A program made the position numbers and the translations under genes. The notes under the pieces were generated by a model, which saw nothing but the letters and a program-made list of their open reading frames with translations, did no database searches and was not told the DNA's origin. Positions 11,990 to 25,937 of a DNA stretch of 64,000 nucleotides are shown here, in pieces. Positions within the stretch are counted from its first letter, which is position 1. Each line of letters starts with the position of its first letter. This DNA comes from Octopus vulgaris (lineage: Eukaryota), in the NCBI GenBank assembly GCA_951406725.2, contig OX597821.1, positions 86,428,001-86,492,000 on the forward strand, read 5' to 3'.

Positions 11990-14830
11990 ACTTGCTCTTG
12001 GGCAGCACAGATTAGAGACTCTGTTCCCGGTTATAAATCACTTTTAGTCATCCACAGCCATCTTTTTTCTGTCTGTCTTACCTTCAACATCCCTATGAAA
12101 TTTACCATGCATTCTTTTCTTTACCCACCTATTTTCAGTTTCCTTCGTTTTTAATTTCTTGTATAGTGTTTTGTCTTTGCAATCTTTCATCCTACACAAG
12201 CCTGACTTTCTTACTTTTAGTAATAGCGGTGTTGTGGCATTTTTTTACATACCATGCTATGTTGTTTTCTTCTGCTCTAATGCTGTGTCCGCATCAAATA
12301 AGTCCTCTCCCCACTCTTTTTCTTGATACATAAAGTCTGTCTGTGTCACTGTTGGGGTGGAGTGACACATATCTAGTTCGCAACTTCCTTATTTTTCTGT
12401 CTAAGCTGTTTAGTTCGTCTACTCTCCATACGATTACCCCTGCTCCATATCTAAGGAGTGAAACCGCCCAGGTGTTGATAGCTTCGATCTTATTCCGTCC
12501 GTTTAATTTCGACTTAAGGATCAGTCTAAGTCTGTGCATGTACTCTACCTTAAATTTTTCTGTCATTTTTTTCTCCATCAATTTATCCATTTCCAAAATC
12601 CCCAAGTACTTATAGCCCGTCTCTTTTATCTGCTTCATAGCCTCCCCCGATGGTATCGTTAGAACATCCATACATTTGTTTTGCCTCTCTTCAGTACAAA
12701 CACACCACACTTTCTCAGTCCGAACTCCATTCTGATATCAACACTGGAGATATACATTATATCAACAAGGGAATTGACTTGGGATTCCTCTTTATCATAA
12801 AGTTTGAGGTCATCCATGAATAACAAATGGTTGACTTTTTGTTGGCGGTTTTTGGATACCTACCCAACTTTTGCTTTCCTCAGAATCAGTGTCAGTAGTA
12901 CCAAGCACAGTACAAAGATCAGTGGGGACAGGCAATCCCCTTGGAAGATGCCCTTCCTAATTTCTACTGTCCCTAAACTTCTTCCATATACTCTCAGGTC
13001 CGTCGTCCAGTTCGCCATACTTTTTCCAAACAATCGCTCAACATTCGATGCAATACCAAATAGGTTCCTACACTCTATAATCCAAGAATGTGGGATCATA
13101 TCGTACGCCTTACGATAGTCCCTCCATGACATGGCTAAGTTGCTTTTCGTCCTCTTGCAGTCTCTGAGTACTGTTTTATCTATCAGGTGTTGATCCTTGG
13201 TACCTCTGCACTTATGCTTGCAATCCTTCTGCTCATGTGGCAGGACTCCATTTTTCCAGGTGTTTGTACATTGACTCTGCGAGTAATCCAGTCAATAAGT
13301 ACCACATAAGTGGCAAACAGGATATCGGCCTGTAATTGTCTACTGTATTGCCTTTATCGATGTTTTTCAAGCACAGCACTGTCCTCCCCAATGTCAACCA
13401 CTCTGGTGTTGCTTGGTTGGCATTTAACAAAGGGTTGAGTTGCGCAGCTATTCGTGCAGGACATTCACCAAATCTTTTGAGCCTTGAACTCCTGGGGCCT
13501 TCCAGTTCCTCATTTTTTTGTTGATTTCCTTCACTACCCTATCTGAAATGACTAGTTCTGCCTGTTTTGGACAGACTACTGTTTGTTTCAGTTCTTGCAA
13601 CCATTCAGCATCCTCCTTGTGCTTCATGTCTTTGCTCCAGATGTCACTCCAAAACCTTTGACTTTCAATGGTATCTGGTATCAACTTTTCATCTGTATAC
13701 CCTCCATTTATTTCTTTATAGAATCTCTTCTGATCTACTTTGAATAGCCTATTCTCCTGGTAACCCTTCATTCTTTGGTTGTATCTTACCATCTTTGCTT
13801 TCTTTGCAACGAGGCGCTGTTTCAGTTTCCCCATACTACTTTCAGGCCCTTTCTTTCAATATTATACTTCCTTTTCAGCGCCCAGTATTTTTGTTCGCTT
13901 TTAAGTTCTCCTTTCTCTTTTCGGTCTAATACAGAGAATTCCTTCCCGAGCATGTCTAACCCTGCCTGGATTCTTCTTTTCCACCAGGGATCTTTTCTTT
14001 TGTTACTCCCATTGTGTTTCCTTTTCGTGACATCGACACTCACATTTTATACTACAAAAATACTTGCTGCCTTGATCAAATTATTTGTTTCTGTAATGTT
14101 GTTTGTTCTGATGTATTTCAGAATTTCATTGACATTTTTCGTTTCTTGGTTTAATTTCCATCGATCAACCTTTTTAAGGTTGCAAATAATGTCGCTATCG
14201 TCCTCCTGTGGTCTTAGCTTTATTCTTACTTTTATCGTCTTCTTTTAGATCATCTATATGTCTCTTATCAAGTAAACTACCACTGCTCCTTTCCTGTGCT
14301 TTGAGATTACTCTTATTAGTAAGAACTGTAGTTTCATCGTCAGCTCTGCTGCTATTTTCCAAGACCCGTCTTTAGATAGCTTCGAGCTCTACTTCTGTGA
14401 ACCAACATTTTTTTCCTTATTGCCCTAGCTTGATCACATAGTCTCTGTTCTGTGAGTTGAAACAATCCCTTTTCTCTCCACTGATCAACATACGTTGTTG
14501 GTAAACCCTAATTTGAGCACCATTTTCATCTACCGGGTTTCTCAGGTAGTAACACTCCATGACCACAGCATTAATTTGTTTGCTCCATCTACGCCGTGTG
14601 TGGTGGTCCCTTTTTGGATATCGACAGGCTGGAGCCGGAGCAGAATCTCTGAGCCTACCGGGTGTAACACTGTCACCATCATTGGTTTCATTACCACCGT
14701 TATTCACAATATTTTGTTTTTTCATTGTCACTTATATGATGAGGTTGCGATTATCAGGTTGCGTAATTGCCAGAGTTTTTATTGTGGCACCATCACTAGA
14801 TGTATCATTATTAGCCCATAAGGAGACTCT
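11990..14830 (-). mobile_element. R4/Dong-like LINE, 5'/RT portion, degenerate
   Basis: [45 protein letters not shown], spread over several frameshifted ORFs. Confidence 0.85.
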
Positions 14831-15390
14831 ACCAGCTTCCTTTCATTAGTATTATTATTATCATCACTGATATCACTGGTATTATTGTTTTTATGTGTAG
14901 TAGTAGCAGTGGATACAGTAACAGCAACAGTTGCAGTGTTGGTGGTTGTGGCAAGGGCGATAGTTGGGCCTCAGATTCCTGTGCTATCATAATAGTAGTA
15001 GTTATAGTATTATTGTAGTATTAGTAGTATTTAGTATCAGCAGCTGTAGCATATTATTATTTTTACTTTTTTCATTATCACCATCACCACCACTAGTTGG
15101 GCAGTAGATTGGTGAATAGATCATATCGTACAGGTCTATAAATAGATTCGACAGATTGTGGAGAAGTCAGCCATAGAGACAAAAGGATCGCCGCACCCCT
15201 TTGGCTCACTACCTTGGAAAGAAGAAATTCAACCTGTTCTAGTCCATCGTTCTTTGCCTTCGTTGTTATGGTTTCGTTTCGGTTTTACAGTATTTACTTT
15301 TTGACAGAACAACTCTCATTGACATGTGTTGATGTTTCTTGCGTATTCATAATTATTATTGATGTGTGAGAGATCGAGAAGAGACAGCAA

Positions 15391-15426
<36 letters not shown>

Positions 15427-15552
15427 AGAGAAAAACCTTTATTAAACAATTCAATAATGAAAGATGTTATTCACACCACATAGAGAACATATACTATAAA
15501 AACCTTATTCTAAAAAGCAATAAAGTACAATAAATACTAAATAGTAGTAAAA

Positions 15553-15675
15553 AGACTACGCCCGTTTCGTGATCATATTTTCAAATAGATATTAATAATA
15601 ATAGAATCAATTCGATTTAAATTTAAATCGATCTAAAATTAATTCTATTTAAAAATATATTGACTCATCATGTCT
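15553..15675 (-). ncRNA. Degenerate long-stem-II hammerhead-like motif in a PLE-type remnant
   Basis: Minus strand AGAC-ATGATGA-[~95 nt]-GAAA-CGGGCG-TA-GTCT; C3 mutated; a related truncated copy lies at ~56473-56578. Confidence 0.4.
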
Positions 15676-15779
15676 ATAATAATAAATAATTAAAAATAAT
15701 AATAGAAAAAATGTACTTATCTTAACTTATCTTAAATATTAAATGAATATATAAAAAATACGTGTATTAACTATAAATA

Positions 15780-16325
15780 ATCGAAAAGAGACAACATGGT
15801 CAATGGTTCCATTTTGTTCTTGACATACACGATATGTTGGGCTACTGCCGTTCTTTAATATGTTGGTCTGGTAGTTCCTTGTAGGTAGGCATTGATCTTG
15901 GGCTGCTATGATAAACCATTCTGTTTCAGATTTTAAGCCATAGGCCATTAGCCATTGATGGGCAAGGGCTTTGTCAACATCGGCATTATTCGTTCTCTTT
16001 GGGTATTTGCCATTGAGAGGTTATCTAAGAGAATATCTAAGGCAGCAGTTTTAGCACGGGTTTTCATGCGCTTAGCTTTTTCTGCGCTTGTTTCTCGTAT
16101 GTCTAATTTCAGAATTTGTTGTATTTGGAATTCACTTAGATATTCCTTTGCCTGTTTTGTTACTGAGTATGATGCTTTCTTGTTTTCATATTTTGAGACA
16201 AGTTTTAACATCCAGTCCTCAGAGTTTTTTTATGTAGGTGTCTAGGCCAATTGTGGCAATCTTCATTGCTAATGCCAGTTTTAAAAGTCCACGACCTCCC
16301 TCTTTTCTTGGCGGATAAAGTCGTT
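15780..16325 (-). mobile_element. R4/Dong-like LINE fragment
   Basis: GLKSETEWFIIAAQDQCLPTRNY...RVCQEQNGTIDHVVS. Confidence 0.75.
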
Positions 16326-16348
16326 CTATATCTGCCTTACTATTATTA

Positions 16349-16388
<40 letters not shown>

Positions 16389-16412
16389 CATTATTATTAT
16401 TATTATTATTGT

Positions 16413-18728
16413 TACTTTTTTTTTTCTTCTTTCAAATTTTCTTCCATTTCTTGCCGAGTGTCTTCCCGACTCCTAGGGCAAAGATACTGATCGTGTATAT
16501 TGGTAGGCCATTAAACCAAACTCAGTAGTTCGTTCATTTTTTTCTTTTTTTTTTTTTTTAAAGTTAAATTAAAATACATGAGCAGCAACAGTTCTCACAT
16601 CGACAATGCTCTTCTCAATACGTGTGATGTACCAGTTAAGACAATCTTTTGCACTTCTTGCAGGGATGGTAAGCCAGGGATCATTCTCATATAATTTTCG
16701 GTTCCCTTCTTGATCATTCCTAGTGCTCCTACGATCACTGGTATTGTAACCGCCTTGAGATGCCACATTTTCTCAATTTCAATGAGTAGGTCTTTATATT
16801 TTCTGAGCTTGTCAAACTCTTTCGCTGAGATATTATGATCACAGGGGATGCTCATGTCGATCAATAAGCAAACTTTATTGTTTTGGTCTTTCACAACAAT
16901 ATCTGGTTTATTGGCCTTGATGGTTCGGTCTGTATGTACTGGAAAGTCCCACAATGGTTACATTTTCTCCTTCAGTTACAGCCTCAGGGTGGTGATTATA
17001 CCACTTGTCGGCAGTTTTGATATTGTAATGCCGACTTATTAGCCAGTGGAGATATTGGCCAACTCTGTCATGTCTTAATTTATACTCCACTGGTGCTAAG
17101 ACTTTACATCCAGAGATTAGGTGGTCCACTGTTTCAATCATGTCGTTGCAGAATCGGCATTTTGGGTCTGCTCCATTTTTCATCACATTGGCCTGGTAGT
17201 TCCGGGTTGATAGGCTTTGGTCTTGAGCAGCCAGGATGAAACCTTCGCTCTCTGCTTTTAGCCCTGAGCTCCGCAGCCACTGATGGGTTTGCTTCTGGTC
17301 AACATCAGCTTGTTTGCTGCGGGTCACATATTTGCCGTGCAGAGGTTTCTCTTCCCACCTATCAGCCAATTGCTCGTGCGCTTTTTTCATTGCCATCATT
17401 TTCACCTTCTTTGCAACAATAGTTGCCGTACTTCCCTCGGGTTGTTCAGTTTGGGTATCCTGCACGAGATCAATAGCAAATTGTTTGCTTTCCTTGATGA
17501 TAGAATGAAGCTTCTTTCGTCTCTCGTTATTTTCCACGAGCTTTAGCATCCAGTCATTCGATATTTCGAGATATTTGGTCAGTCCAATTGTGGTTGTTTT
17601 GTAAGCTAGTTCAAATTGGATCAGGCCTCGACCTCCTTGGGCTCTGGGAAGGTAAAGGCGATCTACGTCTGCCTTTGGGTGGTGCATCCTATTACAACTC
17701 AGCAGCTTGCGTATTTTTCTATCTATATTCTTTACTTCACTCATATTCCAGTTCAACACATTGTAGCTATAAGTAACAACTGGAACTGCTAGGGAATTTA
17801 TAGCTAACACCTTGTTACGTGCATTTAGTTCAGATTTCAGGACTGCACGAACTCTCCTATAACATTCCTTCCTGATTTTCTCTTTCATGCTTGCATGCTG
17901 AATACCAGAGCCTTCATTTATCCCTAAATATTTGTATGTTTGTTCTTGCTCAAGCTCTCTTATGACTGTGTCAACATCTAACACGACTGAATTTGTGGTC
18001 TTCACTTTCCCTTTCTGGAAAGTGGCCTTGGCACACTTCTCAAGTCCAAACTCCATCCCGATGTCATCGCTGAATGCTTTCACGGTGCGCAATAGGCCTT
18101 CAAGTTCATTATTGTCTTTACCATAAAGTTTTAAGTCATCCATATAAAATAGATTATACCCATACCCTGTTCTGTTTAATTCACTTGTAAGGGGTATTAG
18201 GGCTATGCAGAATATTAAAGGTGAAAGTGAGTCACCTTGAAAAATTCCACAGTTGATGTTTATATTTTCTGAGGCAAGTACTCCATTAGAGTGGTATAAT
18301 TGGAGATTCGTATTCCACAACGACATATTGTGCTTCAGGAAGTTTGAAATCACAGGGGAAATTTTGAAGATGTCCAGCGACCTCAAGATCCATGGATGCG
18401 GTATACTGTCGAAGGCCTTTTTTATAGTCAATCCATGCGGTGCAGATATTCCTGCGCTTGTTGTGACAGTTCTCAAGGATCATACGATTGATTAGCAGTT
18501 GATCTTTGCATCCGTAAGAGCCTCGGCGGCACTCTTTTTGTTCAATGGGGAAAATATCGTTCTTCTCCATGAATGCATATGTTTTCTCCGCCAGGATAGA
18601 TGTTAGGATTTTATACGTGGTGGATAGACAGGTTATAGGTCGATAGTTTTTTGGAAGGTTGGTTTCGTTATTCTTTGGGAGTAGGTAAGTAATGCCACTT
18701 GCTAACCATTCAGGTGTTTTCTTTGGGT
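16413..18728 (-). mobile_element. Young 5'-truncated R4/Dong-like LINE (RT + CCHC + RLE endonuclease) inserted in (TAA)n
   Basis: 522-aa ORF with KAFDSIPHPW, GIFQGDSLSP, YMDD, CRFCNDMIETVDHLISGC, RHD; RLE motifs KPDIVV...LIDMSIP...KLRKY; (TAA)n on both sides. Confidence 0.92.
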
Positions 18729-18792
18729 TGTTATTATTATTACTATTATTATTATTGTTATTATTATTATTTTTATTACTATTACTATTTTA

Positions 18793-18872
<80 letters not shown>

Positions 18873-18878
18873 GTACAG

Positions 18879-18938
18879 GGTGACATCCTACAAACAGAAT
18901 GTGTTTATGATACTACACAAAGAACCAAATTTACAAAA
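18879..18938 (+). CDS. MOXD1: DBH-like monooxygenase gene 1, 60-nt exon
   Basis: gtacag|GDILQTECVYDTTQRTKFTK|gtaggt; conserved GD.L..EC.Y.T..R motif; phase 0/0. Confidence 0.9.
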
Positions 18939-19751
18939 GTAGGTAACATTTCTTTGTAAAATCATGATTTTTTAAAAATGCTATTGAACTTTCTTTTCCG
19001 CCTCACATTGCTGCTTTGAATATCTGATACTGCTTTTCGTTGACTATCTTTATAGTTATTTCATCTAAATTTGATTTCTTAATTAAAAAAAAAAATTTTT
19101 ATAGAACTTCAAATCATATTACTCTGGGTCACAGTAAATGAGATATTTATATATACATACAAACATAGATACACACACACACACACGCACACACACACAC
19201 ACACACACATTCACACACATTATATTCCACGAACTTAGGGACTTATATTAATTATTACTTGACTATGTACACAAGCATCTTTCGGTACTGATACTGTTTT
19301 ATCCTATGTCAAGCTTGACGGACTTACTCTAGTCATAAACCTCATTAAAATGTTCTTTCTTTTTAATAATCTCTGAGCGTAGTTTGAGGTCAATTTAACT
19401 ATTATTCATTACATGACAAACACCCATATAGTAGACTGCTCCAGTAGGTTTGGCCCAGCGTAGAATTTGTTGTTGTTGTTGTTCTTGTTGTTGAACGTGT
19501 TTGCTTTTGTTTGACTTAACTATGATTAAGTATACTCTAGATGTGACAAATATGTGTTTATCAGACGAACAAGACGACTACAGTTTTTCTTAAAGTACCA
19601 TTTCTTCAAAACAGTACGATATGTCTGTCTTTGTATTGTTCCACTCAACCTTCGTCCTTGTAGCAAATAAATGAAAGCATCATCATCATCATCATCATCA
19701 TCATTATTAATATTATTATTATTATTAATTATTAATAATAATAATAATAAT

Positions 19752-20345
<594 letters not shown>

Positions 20346-20399
20346 TTTGTGGCAAAATTTCAAACCATAATTATAATAATTATAGAAGACGTTTGCACA

Positions 20400-20820
20400 G
20401 TATCCGATATTATGATGCTGTAGATTGAAGATATTGTGTGTACCGGGTCTGTCAAATTCGTCTGTCAAGTCACAAGGACGTCAGACAGCTAATGTTTTAC
20501 ACAGTATCCGTTCAGTTCGAAGTAAAGCTGGTGTTTGCAATACACCAATGTTGCAGGGTATTTCTAAAGTGTCGAAATGTTTCAATTAGGTTGGATGGTA
20601 TTGAACACAAAGCTCTAATGACAACAGGAACAACCTTTCTGTTTGACTCTCGCAGCTGCCACATCTTGGCGATTTCAATTTTCAGGTCTTTATATTTGTC
20701 AGCTTTTTTCTTTCTTTCATGATAATATATTGATATCCTGGCACTGCCTCTCTTGTTAATCTTTCCTAAAGGTTACTATATCCTGCCTTCGTTGATTTCG
20801 CACCTTGTCAGTGTGGAAGT
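20400..20820 (-). mobile_element. R4/Dong-like LINE 3' remnant
   Basis: Minus strand KYKDLKIEIAKMWQL...VPVVIRAL. Confidence 0.6.
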
Positions 20821-21266
20821 CAAAGTCTACGTTCTGAGTTCAAATTCCGCCGAGGTCGGCTTTGTCTTTCATCATTTCGGGATCGATAAATTAAGAATCA
20901 GTGAAACACTGGGGACGTTTAATCGACTAGTCTCCTCCTTCAAATTTTCAGACTTTGTGCTTTTAGCAGTCTTGTACCAACGTTAGAAAGGATTCCTATT
21001 GGAAGAAGGAACTCATATCTAAATCAAAGTCTTCCATAGTTTTCGAATTCAACCAAACAAGGATCTTTGAATCAAACCCCGTTCTTTGTGAGACAAGAAA
21101 AAAATTTGAAAGATTGAAAAGAGAATAAGGACTATTTGAAGAAAATTTGTGACCGTTTAAGAGATTAGATCGTTCATATTTTGTCTGTTTATAAATTTAG
21201 TAAAAATTAGCGTAATTGTCAAATATTAAATAATTATTTTATAAATCTCTTTTATTTTCCTTACAG

Positions 21267-21376
21267 GGTGGTCTTGGCACTGAGGAGGAGATGTGTCTAG
21301 CATACATACAGATTTATCCACGAACAAAATTAAAAAGCTGTGTCACTGATGTAGAGTATGACTGGAATATAATCAA
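21267..21376 (+). CDS. MOXD1: DBH-like monooxygenase gene 1, exon with CuM Met ligand
   Basis: ttacag|GGLGTEEEMCLAYIQIYPRTKLKSC...; EMC and YP motifs; donor gtatat at 21377 (phase 2) is weaker than the other donors. Confidence 0.88.
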
Positions 21377-21857
21377 GTATATCCATCTATCTATCTATTT
21401 ATCTATCTATCTATCTGTCTGTCTGTTTGTCTGTCTGTCTACCTATCTATCTTCACACTCACATTCATACATAATTATACTTCCATACATATTAGCCCCT
21501 CCCCCACACACATACATACCTGCACACACAAACGTGTGACTATATTTATCTTCCCATTTATCTGCTATCGATCTTTGAGTCCTCATATATATGTCTATTT
21601 GTGTATAGCTGTGTGTGTGTGTGTGTGTGTGTGACTCAGATTTCACTAAACTACGATCTCCTAGTAAGTGTTTCTCTTCTGGTCTTCATATTCGTTCCAT
21701 ATACATTGGAATGTTCATTTGTTTATGGTTATCAAATCCATTCGTTGGTGACCAATAGCATTTTGTGATATTTTTTAACGTTACTCTTCATGCTACTAGT
21801 TGACTTTAAATTTAATACGTTATTTGTACTATGTTGTGAAGTCGTCACTGGTCTCTG

Positions 21858-21890
<33 letters not shown>

Positions 21891-22097
21891 AGAGAGGTTG
21901 TGTGCTGTCTGTCTCCTACGATTTAGATTCCTAACTACTCCCACATTTTGCGGTGCAGTTTAACCAAAACCGGGTATCTTATAGTCGTGATTCATATCGA
22001 GCCCTTCTGGGTATTAGCGCGCGTCTACGATGAGTCTACGATTTTTAAGAAATTTACCATCAAATGTACAGTTATGCAAGTTAGAAATCATGTAATC

Positions 22098-22134
<37 letters not shown>

Positions 22135-22138
<4 letters not shown>

Positions 22139-22330
22139 ATCCAAACAAGAAAACACAAAAAAACACAACACGAGGACGTGGAACAAATATAGTATTATTG
22201 GACGCTCAGGAAAGAAGGAGGGTTTAACGTTTCGAGCGGAGCTCTTCGTTGGAAACATAGGAAAAGGAAAGATCCGGAGAAGAGAAGACAGAGGAAAAAA
22301 AATCGCCAACGGTACACACGAGGTCACATT
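22135..22330 (-). mobile_element. Solo PLE terminus with hammerhead-like motif (22222-22256)
   Basis: Minus strand GTTT-CCAACGA-A-GAGC(tcc)GCTC-GAAA-CG-TT-AAAC; same architecture and ttcctgagcg tail as the PLE end at 5147-5285; between (TA)n runs. Confidence 0.65.
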
Positions 22331-22569
22331 TTATATATATATATATATATAAGAGGAAAAATAAGTTCAAATAGAACATTTCAAACATTTTGATGAGTCC
22401 ATAAAGAGAGAAATTAATTTTCAATAAAAATTCATCATATTCATAAAAATCAGCCGGAGCAAGTAGTAAGAATATGAAAATAACAATTGAAAAATTTCGT
22501 TATAGGTATAAAGATACCATAAACAAGTATAAAAATGGATAGATGTTAAAATCAAAATTGAATTTAATA

Positions 22570-22698
22570 CATACGAACGTTTCAAAAGACAATTCGACTA
22601 TGTATGAAAAAATAATAATAATAAAAAAATGTAATTAAAGTTATGTATTAATAATAATTATAATTAAAGTTATGTATTGTCATTCTCATCAGTGTGTA
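22570..22698 (-). ncRNA. Long-stem-II hammerhead-like motif with decayed stem I
   Basis: Minus strand CTGATGA-GAATGACAAT...ATTGTCTTTT-GAAA-CG-TT; core intact, stem I has two mismatches. Confidence 0.45.
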
Positions 22699-23083
22699 GA
22701 ATTTAAGGAAGAATAATAAAAGTCAATAAGGAAAAACAAATGAGCTAATAGGAAAAATTCAAGCAGATATTTACAAATAAGTTGTAAAATGGAAATATAA
22801 GAGAAACGAAAAAGAATGAGTATGCAAGTCTATTTTTATAAACGAACGCCGTCACTAGTGATGTCTCTTTCACTCTCTGTCTCTCTCTTTCCCTGTCACT
22901 CTCTCACTTTCTCTCACACTCTCTCTTTATCTCTCTCTTTCCCTCTCTCCCTCCCTCTCTCTTTCTCTCTTACTCCCTCCCTGTCATCCTCTCTCTCGCG
23001 TTGCCACTTCAAAGAAGTGTGACGCACACAACAGGTACCCGCAAAAACAAAATGTTAACGTATTAATATTATTAATATTAATA

Positions 23084-23500
23084 CAGCAGGAGTGGCTGTG
23101 TGGTAAGTAGCTTGCTAACCAACCACATGGTTCCGGGTTCAGTCCCACTGCGTGGCATCTTGGGTAAGTGTCTTCTGCTATAGCCCCGGGCCGACCAATG
23201 CCTTGTGAGTGGATTTGGTAGACGGAAACTGAAAGAAGCCTGTCGTATATATGTATATATATATGTGTATGTGTGTGTGTGTTCGTGTGTCTGTGTTTGT
23301 CCCCCTAGCATTGCTTGACAACCGATGCTGGTGTGTTTACGTCCCCGTCACTTAGCGGTTCGGTCAAAGAGACCGATAGAATAAGTACTGGGCTTACAAA
23401 GAATAAGTCCCGGGGTCGAGTTGCTCGACTAAAGGCGGTGCTCCAGCATGGCCGCAGTCAAATGACTGAAACAAGTAAAAGAGTAAGAGTAAAAGAGAGT
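23084..23500 (+). mobile_element. tRNA-derived SINE, full copy
   Basis: A/B-box-like head, internal (TA)/(TG) tract, AAGAGT-repeat tail; same family as 5299/7527 and 63700-64000. Confidence 0.85.
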
Positions 23501-23737
23501 ATACCTGTTGTTATGCTTATCGATCTAATCACAGCTTTGCTTCGTATCTAAAAACCAATCCAATTGGTCCACTCCATAAACGGCTGTCTTTTACAAAAAT
23601 ATTTGCAGTATAGCACAAACAGAAACGCTAACCTGAAGTATCAATTCAGTTATAAATACTAGAATATTTTGCTTTTCTATATTGATTTAATAATAATTCA
23701 AATATAGGGAAACGAAAAAAAATATTATCTATTTCAG

Positions 23738-23852
23738 TATGGACCCACTGCACTATAAAAATAACGAGGATGCTATTAAAAAAATGGAATTAATAGTCAA
23801 CGGTTTGGAGCCTAAAACCAATTTTACACAAATATGTTCTGATAGGTCAAGT
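23738..23852 (+). CDS. MOXD1: DBH-like monooxygenase gene 1, probable C-terminal exon
   Basis: tttcag|...|gtaagt; phase fits the previous exon (aa+t=Asn); open frame NMDPLHYK...FTQICSDRSS; poorly conserved region. Confidence 0.65.
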
Positions 23853-24133
23853 GTAAGTTGTACTTTTCTTTTTCTTCTTTTATTTTCTCTTATTGATTAC
23901 AATGATATTCTGAACATTTATTAGGGCTGTCGTGAAATTTAACATTTATAAATGAAAGCTTACGGTAGTCAATTTTAAGCGCCACTTCCTATAGCTGCAT
24001 GCAGTGATAACCTATTTTCAAGTTTGGAATTTAACATTTTAGTTAAGTTACTGCTTCTTTTCTCCAAACAGGATTTTTTTTATCTTCCTTTCTAAAAAAA
24101 AAACACATTTAATTTATGATGACTTTATCAAAA

Positions 24134-25410
24134 TATTGGGTCATCCCATAAATAATACGTTTATTTTATACTTTTAGTTATCAAAATGAAGATAAACACA
24201 ATTCTTTAAAGTTCAAAATATACTCTCCTTCATTTTCTACAATGCTTTTCCATCTATCATGTTGACTTGCAAGGTCTCTCTTCAAAAATTCACTTGTCCT
24301 TGACAAAAAATACTCCTGCAGTACTCTTCTGACCTCGTCTACAGAATTCATATTTTTTCCGTCCAAATGATTTTGAAGACTGCAGAAAAGAGGATAATTA
24401 GATGGAGCAATGACCGGCGAATATGGTGGATGAAGCATCGTTTCCCATTCAAACTCTCCAACCTTTGGAATGTCAGCCTCGCTGTATGTGGCCGAGCATT
24501 ATCCTGATGAATGAACACCTTTCGTCTTGAAGCCAAAGATGGTCGTTTTTCTTCTAGTGCTGAATTAAGCGGCTCAAGGTGCTCGCAGTAGATCTCCTTT
24601 GTTAATTTTTGGTTTGGGTTTCAAAGTTCAAAATGGACTAAACCTTTCATACCCAACCAAACAGATAACAACACCTTACGTAGGCGAAGACCTTCTTTAG
24701 CCTGGGGTGCCTATGTTTCTCCTTTCCCTACCCATTGTCTTCGGCGCTTGATATTTCTATAGAGAACCTATTTTTCGTCACTAATCAATATTCAGTCCAA
24801 AAATGGTTCATTCGTGTGACATGACAGCAAAGAAAAGCACACGTTCACTCTCTGCGTGCGATTAGACTGGAAAGTTTGTGAGAAACCTATCTACCCAATT
24901 TTCAGATGGCACGCAGGTGTCGATGAACAGTTGAATGACCAAATCCAATATCCAATATTCTCTACTAGTTCCTTAACAGTTACGATGAAATTTTGTTCCT
25001 CCAGAGTTTGCAGGACGTCCTCGGCGAGCTTTGCAGATCTTCCAGGCCGAGGCTTGTCCTCTAGACTGTAGTTTTTGGCTCGGAATTTCTGGAACCACCG
25101 TTGACACTGGCTTACGCTTATTGTCCAATCCCCACTCACTGCATTAACATATCCTCGCACTTTCCGTTGCGGTGTTGCCTTTACTGAACTCATAAAGCAA
25201 TATATGCCGAATGTGCTCCTTTGTCACTTTTATTATAGCTTTGAAAAAATAAATGCTAAAATCTTTAGAACTTGCACTAAGAATAAGCACAGGATGAAAT
25301 TACTACCTGCTTTTATAGCATGTTGATACTGGTAGTTTATCCTATCCCCCTCCCACTTTTTGTTCAAATAATTTAAACAAAAAACACAATATTTATGGGA
25401 TAACCCAATA
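24134..25410 (-). mobile_element. Mariner DNA transposon, degenerate
   Basis: TIRs tattgggtcatcccataaata / tatttatgggataacccaata; transposase remnants CQRWFQKFR, PRPGR, HQDNARPH, HPPYSP. Confidence 0.9.
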
Positions 25411-25576
25411 TATTGAGAAGGAAATACAGAAGGGGTTTCTATGTGGAATGTTTTTAGGGGACAGGATAATGCTTGCGATGGAAAGGGTTTAATTTGTAAA
25501 TGATGAGAAATGAATATAGTTAATAATGTAAATTGGATCAAGCAGTTTAACGTGAAGTTTGGCACATCTCACTATA

Positions 25577-25720
25577 TATTAGGTTGTCCCAAAAGTTCGT
25601 AAACACTTGCGAAAATTGAATTTTTACTCGCCAAGTACTAACAAAACAACAAAAATTATTCCTCAAAATAAAGACCATTATTTTCCAAGACTTTCTACGA
25701 ACTTTTGGGACAACCTTATA
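25577..25720. mobile_element. Mariner-type MITE (144 bp)
   Basis: TIRs aggttgtcccaaaagttcgta / tacgaacttttgggacaacct with TA ends. Confidence 0.85.
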
Positions 25721-25782
25721 TTAATCAAAATAAATCTAAAAAGAAAGTTCGTGAATTGCACTTTACTTCATTTATTTTACAG

Positions 25783-25812
25783 ACCTGTTTTCCTCTCTCT
25801 TCATGGTGTTGA
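25783..25812 (+). CDS. Candidate terminal coding exon of monooxygenase gene 1 (TCFPLSSWC*)
   Basis: Good acceptor tttattttacag, phase 0, AATAAA near 25912; no homology support. Confidence 0.25.
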   Translation, partial: TCFPLSSWC

Positions 25813-25937
25813 ATAGGTTTTGTTTTCGATTCTATTTTAAGCCTTGTATATTTCTTCTCATCAAATTATGTTGACCTGATCTATTCTAATTCACAGTAAA
25901 ATATTTACTAAAATAAAATTCTTTCCCAAAATATGGA

